Positions 8,567 to 18,864 of a stretch of 64,000 nt of DNA are shown in pieces; positions within the stretch are counted from its first letter, which is position 1, and every line of letters starts with the position of its first letter. Below the pieces are notes generated by a model. It had not been told where the DNA came from and made no database searches. It saw only the letters and a list, made by a program, of their open reading frames with translations. Source of the DNA: Cycloclasticus sp. 46_120_T64 (lineage in GTDB: Bacteria > Pseudomonadota > Gammaproteobacteria > Methylococcales > Cycloclasticaceae); NCBI GenBank assembly GCA_002162695.1, contig MAAM01000013.1, positions 14,510-78,509 on the forward strand, in the 5' to 3' direction. The translations under genes and the position numbers were made by a program.

Positions 8567-8641
8567 CACGCCCGCAAATTAATACGCCACACATATTCAA
8601 GATTCACATGAATATGGCACTTAAACTACGGAATACAGACC

Positions 8642-10084
8642 ATGACAGATATGACAAAAAAACTAGCTACGGGCTTCGGGCTGCTGTTAGCATCCAGCGC
8701 TTTACAAGCTAGCAATACGGGAACCGATACCAATTTATCCGCTAAAGCACGTGCCGGCGGCATGGGTGGCGCTGCCTATACGATGCCGCAAGAAGCCTCT
8801 GCGGCCGTGTTTGGCAATCCTGCCACGCTAACGCAATTCAAAGGCGTTAATGTTAATTTTGGCACATCACTGCTAGCCATTTCATCGGCCGACATTGAAA
8901 CCTCCTCCAATATCAATGCCCTAGGTGGTTCGGTAACAAGCCGATCCCATAGCGATGCCGATAATTACGTGATCCCAGATTTTGGTTTAAGCATACAATT
9001 ATCCCCCAACTTGGTCATTGGTACTGGCTTAGAAGTTGATGCGGGCATTGGCGCTGACTACCGCGATGACCCCATCAGCCTAACCGGCGCGGGACTGATC
9101 ACGCTACCACTTAATGTAGAGCTTATTTCGTTTAACGCCAATCTCGCGGCGGCCTATCAAACCACTGAAAGACTATCAGTCGGCGCTGCTTTAACTGTCG
9201 GTTACGCGATGGTCCAGCTGGGTACCGCCGGCCCAACGTCGGGCTTGAGCAATATGTTAGGTGCTAATGCCACCGGCACGCCTTTCGTTGCAGATGGCAG
9301 TGCCAATCTGGGCATCAATGACTTTGGCGGCACCACCTCCAGCGTACACGATATTGGTTTTGGCGCGAGTTTGGGTGCGATATACCAGCTAGATGAAGGC
9401 ATTGCCCTTAGTTTAACCGCGAAGAGCGAGGTGCAATATAACCTCAATAATATACTCTACCAAGACACCTCTAACTTTGCCTTTGGTGGAAGCACAGGGT
9501 CTTATCAAAACCTAAAACTCGAGCAGCCTGCAGAAATTATCGCCGGCATCGCAATAAATGATGTATTCGCCCCGGGCCTACTCGTTGAAGCCGACATCGT
9601 GTGGAAAAACTGGAGTGAAGCGGCGACTTACCAAGACATATTTGATGATCAATTTATGGTTTTACTCGGCGCGCAATACCGTTACCATGACTGGACTTTC
9701 AGAGCCGGTTATAGCTTTGTGGAAAATATGATTAAAAACAAGCCGAGTAACACACTGGATGACTTCGCCGGTTTAGGCTCTTTACCGATGGGCGACACCG
9801 GTGGTGCACCGTTCGGCAATGATTTAACTAAAATCGCTCAAGCTAGCTTATTGCCGATTATTTGGAAACACACGATCACCGCCGGTATCGGTTATGCATT
9901 GACCGATGCAGTAAGTATCGATGCTTACGCTGCGTATGCGTTTCCTGAAGAAGAAAGCACCCCTTTAAGCAATATTGAAGCCGCCGTTTCTGCACACGTA
10001 TTACCGACAACTGACTTGAAAATGAAATCGAGTATTGATGCGGGTTACTTATTGGGCGCGGGTTTAACCATTTCACTACCGTAA
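8642..10084 (+). CDS. FadL/TodX-family outer-membrane channel, paralog 3 (more divergent)
   Basis: The 480-aa ORF shares the hatch motif (NLSAKARAGGMGGAAYTMPQEASAAVFGNPATLTQF) and WTFRAGYSF. Its loops diverge from paralogs 1 and 2. The start could instead be the second ATG at 8651. Confidence 0.78.
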   Translation: MTDMTKKLATGFGLLLASSALQASNTGTDTNLSAKARAGGMGGAAYTMPQEASAAVFGNPATLTQFKGVNVNFGTSLLAISSADIETSSNINALGGSVTSRSHSDADNYVIPDFGLSIQLSPNLVIGTGLEVDAGIGADYRDDPISLTGAGLITLPLNVELISFNANLAAAYQTTERLSVGAALTVGYAMVQLGTAGPTSGLSNMLGANATGTPFVADGSANLGINDFGGTTSSVHDIGFGASLGAIYQLDEGIALSLTAKSEVQYNLNNILYQDTSNFAFGGSTGSYQNLKLEQPAEIIAGIAINDVFAPGLLVEADIVWKNWSEAATYQDIFDDQFMVLLGAQYRYHDWTFRAGYSFVENMIKNKPSNTLDDFAGLGSLPMGDTGGAPFGNDLTKIAQASLLPIIWKHTITAGIGYALTDAVSIDAYAAYAFPEEESTPLSNIEAAVSAHVLPTTDLKMKSSIDAGYLLGAGLTISLP

Positions 10085-10135
10085 GCGGCACACGAGTTAT
10101 TTACGGTATGAACCACGCTATTAATAGCTAACAAT

Positions 10136-10163
10136 AAAAAACCCCGCCTAGGCGGGGTTTTTT
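10136..10163. terminator. Bidirectional rho-independent terminator between FadL paralog 3 (+) and icmF (-)
   Basis: The sequence is A6-CCCCGC-ctag-GCGGGG-T6. Confidence 0.85.
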
Positions 10164-10184
10164 ATTGTCTTGTAGCGCTAGCCT

Positions 10185-13100
10185 TTACATATTACGTCGG
10201 TATTGGCCACCTACCTCAAAGAAGGTATCGGTTATTTGCCCTAATGAACAATAACGCGACGCTTCCATCAGCACTTCGAAGACATTAGCGTTATTCTTCA
10301 CCGCGTGTTGCAGCTCAGCCAACATTTTCTCCGCTTGCTCACTATTATCCGTTTGCACCGATTTCAAACGCGCCAACTGACTTTGTTTTTCTTCTTCGGT
10401 CGAACGAGCCAGTTCGATACTGGTTTCCACTTCACCGGCCAATGGGTTTTCGAAGGTATTAACCCCAATAATAGGCAACTCACCAGTATGCTTAAGCATT
10501 TCATAGTTCATTGACTCATCTTGGATTTTACCGCGTTGATAACCGGTTTCCATCGCGCCCAACACACCACCACGTTCAGAAATACGCTCAAATTCACGCA
10601 GCACCGCTTCTTCAACCAAGTCGGTTAGCTCATCAAGAATAAATGAACCCTGCAGTGAATTTTCATTCTTCGCTAGGCCATATTCCTTATTAATAATTAG
10701 CTGAATCGCCATCGCCCTACGCACTGATTCTTCCGTCGGTGTGGTCACCGCTTCATCATAAGCATTCGTATGTAAGCTATTACAGTTATCATTAATCGCA
10801 ATCAACGCCTGTAAAGTCGTGCGAATATCATTAAAGTCCATTTCTTGCGCGTGCAGAGAACGGCCCGATGTTTGGATATGATATTTTAACTTTTGACCAC
10901 GTTCATTAGCGCCATATTTAAAGCGCATCGCCACCGCCCAAATCCTTCTTGCTACACGGCCCATCACGGTATATTCAGGGTCCATCCCATTCGAGAAGAA
11001 GAACGATAAATTGGCTGCAAAATCATCAATCTTCATTCCACGCGACAAATAGGTTTCCACATAGGTGAAACCATTTGATAAGGTAAATGCCAATTGAGAA
11101 ATCGGGTTAGCACCCGCTTCCGCGATGTGATAACCAGAAATAGACACCGAGTAGAAGTTCTGCACACTCTTCTTAACGAAGTACTCCTGAATATCGCCCA
11201 TCATCTTCAAGCTAAACTCAGTAGAGAAAATACAAGTATTCTGCCCTTGATCTTCTTTTAGAATATCCGCCTGTACGGTGCCACGAACATTCGATAGCGC
11301 CCAGTTCTTAATTTCATCACGCTGCTGTTCTGTGGGAGCGACCCCCTTATCTTCTGCAAACTTAACACACTGCTGATCAATCGCGGTGTTCAAGAAGAAC
11401 GCCAGAATAGTCGGCGCAGGGCCATTAATCGTCAACGATACCGAGGTACTCGGCGCACAGAGTTCAAAGCCATCAAACAACACTTTCATATCATCTAAGG
11501 TGGCAATTGATACGCCTGAGTTACCCACTTTACCGTAGATATCTGGACGCACACCCGGGTCATTACCGTATAAGGTCACTGAATCGAATGCGGTCGATAA
11601 ACGTGTTGCATCGGAGCTTTTCGATAATAATTTGAAACGTTTATTGGTTCTAAATGGGTCACCCTCACCAGCAAACATTCTTGCCGGATCTTCACCCTCA
11701 CGTTTAAAACCAAACACACCTGCGGTAAATGGAAAACTACCGGGTACGTTTTCTTTCAATAAGAAACGTAATTGTTCGCCTTGATCGTCATAATTTGGCG
11801 TGGAAACCTTAGGAATTCGTGTGCCCGCCAAGGAGTAATTAGCAATTTTAGTGACTATTTCACGCTCACGAACCTTTTGTGTATAGGTATCTTTGCTGTA
11901 GTCCTCTTTAACGACTTTCCAGTTTTCTAATAAATTCTTGCAACGAGAGTCTAGGCGCTCTTCGCGCTTGTCGATTTGCTGTTGGAACGCCTCATCAATA
12001 TTTGCAGTATCAGCCAACATACGCTTGGCTTCTTTTAATTGCTGACGTTCTCTGGCAATAATCACCTGCTCTTGAATGGTTTTATGATAACTACGTACCG
12101 CTTCGGCAATTTCAGCCAAATAACGCTGACGCTCAGGCGCAATAATGGACGAACTGCTGGCCGATTTTTTCGAGCTTATTTTATCAAAGAAACTACCTTC
12201 CCAGCTATTCAGCTCTTTTTTCGTGAAGGTCGCTAGAATACCTTGGTATAAACCCGTCACCCCATCATCATTAAACTTTGAAGCTACCGTTCCATAAATC
12301 GGTAAGTCTTCAAAATCAGTCATGAACAACTCATAGTTGCGCTGGTATTGTTTTCTTACATCACGGAAGGCATCTTCACTGCCCTTACGGTCAAATTTAT
12401 TGATCACCACGAGGTCGGCAAAATCGAGCATATCAATTTTTTCTAATTGACTGGCCGCACCAAACTCAGGTGTCATCACGTACATCGAGGTGTTTACATA
12501 AGGCACGATACCGGCATCGCCTTGGCCAATACCCGGAGTTTCAACGATAATCAAATCAAAACCGGCTACTTTGCAAGCATTGATGATATTCGGCAAAGCT
12601 TCTGGCACTTCACCGAGGGTGTCACGGGTAGCAATAGAACGGAAATAAATATTCGGGTGATTAATCGCATTCATCCGAATTCGGTCACCCAATAAGGCAC
12701 CGCCCGTTTTACGCTTGGTCGGATCAATCGCGATGACCGCAATTTTAAGCTCTTCGTGCTCTAAGTTAAAACGACGAATCAATTCATCGGTGAGTGAGGA
12801 CTTACCCGCACCACCGGTTCCAGTAATACCTAATACCGGTGTTTTATCGTACTGCGCAGCCTGTTCGTTGAGAGCGACTAATTTATCTTCAGCCAGCTCA
12901 TCTTCATCTAAGCTGGTAATTAAACGTGCTAATTTTAAATAACCATTATCGGTCAAGCCGTTTAAATTGCTCGGTGTGCTGAGTTCAGTCAGTGAACAAT
13001 CAGAGGTTTCAATCATTTCATTGATGATGCCCTGTAACTGCATAGACTGACCGTCTTCAGGACTAAAGATATGTGAAACACCATAGGCGTGTAACTCGGC

Positions 13101-13460
13101 AATTTCTTCCGGCACAATCACTCCACCACCGCCACCAAAAATTTTGATATGGGAGGCACCTTTTTCTTTCAGCAAGTCGATCATATACTTGAAGTATTCG
13201 ACGTGGCCACCTTGGTAGGAGCTAATAGCTATCCCGTGCACGTCTTCTTGAATCGCCGCGTCAACGACTTCTTGCACCGAGCGGTTATGCCCTAAGTGAA
13301 TAACTTCAGCACCGGTCGATTGTAAGATCCGACGCATAATATTAATCGCCGCATCATGGCCATCAAATAAACTAGCGGCGGTAATAAAACGAATGTGATT
13401 TTTTGCCGCGTATTTTTCTATATTCAATGGATCAACACTGCTGTTTTCTGTTTTCGACAT
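10185..13460 (-). CDS. icmF: Fused isobutyryl-CoA mutase IcmF (B12-binding domain + MeaB-like G-protein + mutase domain)
   Basis: The 1091-aa ORF has an N-terminal B12-binding domain (FDGHDAAINIM...GGGGG). Its central P-loop GTPase carries GITGTGGAGKSS, DPTKRKTGGALLGDR and VINKFD. The C-terminal mutase domain has the Phe (RMFAGEG) and Gln (DQGQNTCIF) signature of isobutyryl-CoA mutases, where methylmalonyl-CoA mutases have Tyr and Arg. Confidence 0.9.
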   Translation of the reverse strand: MSKTENSSVDPLNIEKYAAKNHIRFITAASLFDGHDAAINIMRRILQSTGAEVIHLGHNRSVQEVVDAAIQEDVHGIAISSYQGGHVEYFKYMIDLLKEKGASHIKIFGGGGGVIVPEEIAELHAYGVSHIFSPEDGQSMQLQGIINEMIETSDCSLTELSTPSNLNGLTDNGYLKLARLITSLDEDELAEDKLVALNEQAAQYDKTPVLGITGTGGAGKSSLTDELIRRFNLEHEELKIAVIAIDPTKRKTGGALLGDRIRMNAINHPNIYFRSIATRDTLGEVPEALPNIINACKVAGFDLIIVETPGIGQGDAGIVPYVNTSMYVMTPEFGAASQLEKIDMLDFADLVVINKFDRKGSEDAFRDVRKQYQRNYELFMTDFEDLPIYGTVASKFNDDGVTGLYQGILATFTKKELNSWEGSFFDKISSKKSASSSSIIAPERQRYLAEIAEAVRSYHKTIQEQVIIARERQQLKEAKRMLADTANIDEAFQQQIDKREERLDSRCKNLLENWKVVKEDYSKDTYTQKVREREIVTKIANYSLAGTRIPKVSTPNYDDQGEQLRFLLKENVPGSFPFTAGVFGFKREGEDPARMFAGEGDPFRTNKRFKLLSKSSDATRLSTAFDSVTLYGNDPGVRPDIYGKVGNSGVSIATLDDMKVLFDGFELCAPSTSVSLTINGPAPTILAFFLNTAIDQQCVKFAEDKGVAPTEQQRDEIKNWALSNVRGTVQADILKEDQGQNTCIFSTEFSLKMMGDIQEYFVKKSVQNFYSVSISGYHIAEAGANPISQLAFTLSNGFTYVETYLSRGMKIDDFAANLSFFFSNGMDPEYTVMGRVARRIWAVAMRFKYGANERGQKLKYHIQTSGRSLHAQEMDFNDIRTTLQALIAINDNCNSLHTNAYDEAVTTPTEESVRRAMAIQLIINKEYGLAKNENSLQGSFILDELTDLVEEAVLREFERISERGGVLGAMETGYQRGKIQDESMNYEMLKHTGELPIIGVNTFENPLAGEVETSIELARSTEEEKQSQLARLKSVQTDNSEQAEKMLAELQHAVKNNANVFEVLMEASRYCSLGQITDTFFEVGGQYRRNM

Positions 13461-13468
13461 CTATACTC

Positions 13469-15088
13469 CTAACAATTTTGTCTTAGTTCTATACGCCTGA
13501 TCTTACCTGAGATGGTTTTAGGCAATGATTCTACGTACTGTATTTCACGCGGATATTTATACGGCGCGGTATGTTGTTTCATAAAATTTTGAATCTCTTT
13601 CGTTAAGTCATCACCCGCTTGGTAACCGTCAGCCAGAATGATGAAAGCCTTAACTATTTCGCCACGAGCCTCATCCGGCTTACCAATAGCGGCGGACTCC
13701 AATACGGCAGGGTGTTCTAATAAAGAGCTTTCTACCTCGAATGGGCTAATTCGATACCCCGAGGAGGTAATAATATCGTCGGAACGACCGACAAACCAAA
13801 AGTAGCCATCCGCATCGACGGTGCCGGTATCGCCAGTATAGTACCAGCCATTTTTACAACACTTTTCAGTGGCCGCATCATCCTGCCAATAACCAGCAAA
13901 CATGCCGGGTTGCAAGGGTTCGGTAATACGTACCGCAATATGACCCACCGTATCGTTCGCCACGAGTTGCCCATCTTCATCAATAATTTGTACATCGACA
14001 CCCGGTACGGGTTTGCCCATAGAGCCTGGTTTTACCGTTAAACACGGGTAATTTGCCACGATATTAATACTTTCTGTTTGCCCGTAACCATCATAAATAG
14101 CTGAGCCGGTTGCCTCTTTCCAAACCTTGATAACCTCAGGGTTCAAAGGCTCGCCAGCGCCCACTGCGTGACGTATTGAGGATAGTTTAAATGCCGCTAA
14201 ATCCATTTGCGCAAAGACTCGATACACCGTCGGCGGCGCACAAAAGGTCGTCACTTGAAGTTTTTCAATCAGTTTCAGGTGCAATTCGGCATCAAAGCCC
14301 GTGCCATCAAACAACACCAGCGCTGCCCCCATTTGCCAAGGCGCAAACAACATACCCCAGGCTGCTTTTGCCCAACCGGTATCAGACAAGGTCCAATGAA
14401 TATCATTCTGATTAAGGTCTAACCAATACCGACCGGTAATGATATGTGCGTGCGCATAGGCATTGTCCCTTGGCACCATCTTTGGCATACCGGTGGTGCC
14501 TGACGTAAAATAAACAATCATCAGGTCGGATGCTTTACTGTCGGCTAATTGAGATTTATCTAGAGTCTCTGCAGTCTTGTCGATTAATTGTTGATAGCTG
14601 ATCCAGCCTTCACGTTCGTCGCCAATGACGATTAATTTTTCTAAACTAGGACAATTATTTTTTATTTCATCAACCCTGTTCGCATTCTCAGCGCTGACAA
14701 TGGCGATAGTCGCTTTTGAGCGATTAATACGGTATTCAATATCTTTTGCGGTCAGCAAGTTCGTGCCAGGCATGGTGACCACGCCAAGTTTGCAACAACC
14801 GAGCATGATGCCATACCACTCGATAACACGGGGGATCATCACAAAGGCGAGTTCGGACTTCTTAACTCCCAAGGAGATAAGGCCATTCGCCACTTGATTA
14901 GATAATTTAGCAATATCACTGAACTGATAGTGCTTGATATTTTCACCGCTCCCGTCGACGGTGATACAAGCTAACTTGTCGGCCTCACGGGCTTGTTTAT
15001 CAATAACATCAAAAGCAAAGTTGTAATTATCTGCTGTCTTTAACGCGAAGTTTGCCTTAGTTTCGTCGTAGTTTTGCATATTAGCCAT
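13469..15088 (-). CDS. AMP-forming acyl-CoA synthetase (medium/short-chain ACSM-like)
   Basis: Adenylate-forming motifs are present: YFTSGTTGMPKM, DGYGQTE, YYTGD, GRSDD, SGKIRR. The stop lies 8 nt before the icmF ATG, and the icmF RBS AGGAG overlaps the end of this gene, so the two form an operon. The ATG at 15086-15088 is preferred over the adjacent TTG at 15091. Confidence 0.85.
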   Translation of the reverse strand: MANMQNYDETKANFALKTADNYNFAFDVIDKQAREADKLACITVDGSGENIKHYQFSDIAKLSNQVANGLISLGVKKSELAFVMIPRVIEWYGIMLGCCKLGVVTMPGTNLLTAKDIEYRINRSKATIAIVSAENANRVDEIKNNCPSLEKLIVIGDEREGWISYQQLIDKTAETLDKSQLADSKASDLMIVYFTSGTTGMPKMVPRDNAYAHAHIITGRYWLDLNQNDIHWTLSDTGWAKAAWGMLFAPWQMGAALVLFDGTGFDAELHLKLIEKLQVTTFCAPPTVYRVFAQMDLAAFKLSSIRHAVGAGEPLNPEVIKVWKEATGSAIYDGYGQTESINIVANYPCLTVKPGSMGKPVPGVDVQIIDEDGQLVANDTVGHIAVRITEPLQPGMFAGYWQDDAATEKCCKNGWYYTGDTGTVDADGYFWFVGRSDDIITSSGYRISPFEVESSLLEHPAVLESAAIGKPDEARGEIVKAFIILADGYQAGDDLTKEIQNFMKQHTAPYKYPREIQYVESLPKTISGKIRRIELRQNC

Positions 15089-15122
15089 CAAGTCTCCCCA
15101 CCCGAGTTTTGTATTATTATTT

Positions 15123-15142
15123 AATTGAACAAGCGTTCAGTT
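15123..15142 (-). promoter_or_regulatory. Palindromic operator candidate upstream of the acs-icmF operon
   Basis: The minus strand reads AACTGAAC-GCTT-GTTCAATT, with 8-nt arms matching at 7 of 8 positions. It starts 8 nt downstream of a TATAGT -10-like hexamer and lies 32-51 nt upstream of the start codon. Confidence 0.5.
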
Positions 15143-15225
15143 GGCCCAGTACTATACCTCAATCAATGCCACTTTAAAACCACCGCTTTCAATCACTTAG
15201 CTTGTTTAAATTAACGATCAGACAA

Positions 15226-15252
15226 TAAAAACGCCCTGAAAGGGCGTTTTTA
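15226..15252 (-). terminator. Rho-independent terminator after purA
   Basis: ACGCCCT-gaa-AGGGCGT is flanked by A and T runs. It begins 6 nt after the purA stop. Confidence 0.8.
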
Positions 15253-15257
15253 TTAAC

Positions 15258-16556
<1,299 letters not shown>

Positions 16557-16594
16557 CTATCTGAATTTAACGTTTTTAGGTAGGTGCAATCGCG

Positions 16595-17767
16595 CTATTG
16601 ACTAAGCTGCCATTGCCCCTGAATATTTTCTAAGCGTGCCGTATGCACCGGTGGTTCGGTTTCATCAGGTAATTGTTGCAATACGATGTTCCCCGACGCC
16701 CTCAATTGACGAATAGTTTCGTACAAGTCAGCATCGGCGACATCTGGCGCTAAGATAATTTGTTTTTGCGCTATTTCACTCAAGGAGCTCAATCGAGCCA
16801 ACACTTTAATGTCCGCACTAAAACCAGTGGCGGCTAAGGAGCTTCCTCGCTGCCCAGTCAAATTATCATAACGTCCACCGCGGGCTACTTCTGAACCGAA
16901 ACCCGGTACAAAGGCGGCAAATACCACCCCTGTTTGGTACTGATAACAACGCAGTTCTGCCAAATCAAAGTACAACGGTAACGCGGGGTACATCAGCTGC
17001 AATAAAGCCGCTATCTCTTGTAACTCATCAATGGCATGAATAACTTCATCACCGCCAATCGCCAAGCTACTTTTTGCCTGCTGTAACACCGACTCGTCAC
17101 CATTGAGGCTTAACAAACTATTAAAAGCTTGCTGCCAGCCACTGTCTAATGGGTACGAGTTCAATAATTGTTCGAGTTCATCGGTCGCTTTACGCTGTAA
17201 CACCTCGAATAACTCGGCTTCTTGTTGGCTCGATAAGGCGGCTGATTTAGCCAAGCCACGGAAAATGGCCACGTGCCCAAGGTCTAAGTGAACCTCTTGC
17301 ACTCCCGCCGTCGCCAAGGTTTCAAGCATTAAACGAATAATTTCCACGTCACTTTTCACATGACGACTGCCATATAATTCCGCACCGACTTGCATCGGGC
17401 TGCGTGATTTGGCTATTTTAGCACCCCGTGCTTGTAAAATTGAGCCTAAATAGCACAAACGAACCGGCGCCGATTGGTAAATATGATTCGAGGCCATACG
17501 TGCAACCTGTGGCGTCATATCAGCTCGAACACCTAAGGTTTTACCACTAATTTGGTCGGTTAATTTGAAGGTTTGCAGTGCCAATTCATTACCGGTACCA
17601 ATCAATAAGCTATCCAAATACTCAACCATCGGCGGGATCACGTATTGATAACCCCATGTTTGAAATACGTCCAGCAATTCACGACGAATAATTTCTAATC
17701 TAGCGGCGTCCTCCGGCAGTAACTCTTCTATGCCTTCTGGTAACATCCAATTATTTTCATTTAACAT
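16595..17767 (-). CDS. hisZ: ATP phosphoribosyltransferase regulatory subunit HisZ
   Basis: The 390-aa ORF has a HisRS-like fold. It is conserved upstream of purA in non-enteric gammaproteobacteria. Confidence 0.85.
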   Translation of the reverse strand: MLNENNWMLPEGIEELLPEDAARLEIIRRELLDVFQTWGYQYVIPPMVEYLDSLLIGTGNELALQTFKLTDQISGKTLGVRADMTPQVARMASNHIYQSAPVRLCYLGSILQARGAKIAKSRSPMQVGAELYGSRHVKSDVEIIRLMLETLATAGVQEVHLDLGHVAIFRGLAKSAALSSQQEAELFEVLQRKATDELEQLLNSYPLDSGWQQAFNSLLSLNGDESVLQQAKSSLAIGGDEVIHAIDELQEIAALLQLMYPALPLYFDLAELRCYQYQTGVVFAAFVPGFGSEVARGGRYDNLTGQRGSSLAATGFSADIKVLARLSSLSEIAQKQIILAPDVADADLYETIRQLRASGNIVLQQLPDETEPPVHTARLENIQGQWQLSQ

Positions 17768-17781
17768 CTAATTTCTTAACC

Positions 17782-17970
17782 TTAACGTATCAACGTTAGC
17801 AATATGACACCAGCAAGCATACTGGCCAGGCCGGTGATCCGAATGGCCCGATCATTCATTTCCAGCATGCGCTGGTAGGTTTTACGCAATGAGTCAGGGC
17901 TCATAAAAGGCACAATGCCTTCTATGATGAATACCAGCGCCAACGCCGCAAAAAGATCTTGCCACGCCAT
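17782..17970 (-). CDS. Small membrane protein, DUF2065/YjeT-like
   Basis: The 62-aa ORF has two hydrophobic helices. It occupies the conserved position after hflC. Confidence 0.7.
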   Translation of the reverse strand: MAWQDLFAALALVFIIEGIVPFMSPDSLRKTYQRMLEMNDRAIRITGLASMLAGVILLTLIR

Positions 17971-18006
17971 CAGTTATTCCCCTGCCACATCGAAGTTACT
18001 TATAAC

Positions 18007-18864
18007 CTAGTGTTTCTTAAAGTATCTGAAAAACTCAGAGTTTGGCTCTAACACAATCAGGTCATTGCCCGAACCCATGCTTTTACGATAGGCATCAAGG
18101 CTACGGTAGAAAGCAAAAAACTCTTTATTTTTGTTATACGCCGTGGCATATGTTTTCGCGGCGTCGGCATCACCTTTACCACGTAACTGCTGAGACTCTT
18201 TATACGCATTGGCTAAAATAATCTCACCTTGCTTATCAGCATTGGCGCGAATTTTTTCAGCGGCTTCTTTACCACGGGATCTAAAGTCACGAGCCACTCG
18301 CTCACGCTCAGATTCCATACGTCTATACACAGAGTTACTCACTTCTTCTGGTAAGTCGATTCGCTTGATACGTACATCAATAATATCGACACCCAAGCCC
18401 TTACCGAGTTCATTCATATCACGCACGAGGTCAAGACGAATCTCATCACGCCCGACCGAAATCAACTGCTGGATCGTTTTCTTACTGAAAGCTCCCCGCA
18501 TACCTTCTTTAACGAACTGATTAAGCCGTGTATCAACTTGGCGTGGATCACCACCAACCGCACGATAAAAGTTATCGACATCAGAAATTCGCCATTTTAC
18601 GAAGGTATCAACAATAACGTTTTTCTTTTCTGAGGTTAAAAAGCGCTCGGGTCTAGAGTCGAGTGTTTGTAGGCGGCCATCAAATTTACGCACATTATTG
18701 ATGAACGGAGCCTTCCAGTGCCAGCCGGGTTCAAGATCAGTGTTAACGATTTCCCCCAAACGGAACACCATCGCTTTCTCACGCTGATCGACGGTAAACA
18801 TACTATTAGCGCCGACAAAAACGATAGCAACCAAGACAAAAATTACAAGTGGGTTAATTTTCAT
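18007..18864 (-). CDS. hflC: FtsH modulator HflC
   Basis: The 285-aa SPFH-domain protein has an N-terminal TM helix. It overlaps the hflK stop by 1 nt. Confidence 0.93.
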   Translation of the reverse strand: MKINPLVIFVLVAIVFVGANSMFTVDQREKAMVFRLGEIVNTDLEPGWHWKAPFINNVRKFDGRLQTLDSRPERFLTSEKKNVIVDTFVKWRISDVDNFYRAVGGDPRQVDTRLNQFVKEGMRGAFSKKTIQQLISVGRDEIRLDLVRDMNELGKGLGVDIIDVRIKRIDLPEEVSNSVYRRMESERERVARDFRSRGKEAAEKIRANADKQGEIILANAYKESQQLRGKGDADAAKTYATAYNKNKEFFAFYRSLDAYRKSMGSGNDLIVLEPNSEFFRYFKKH

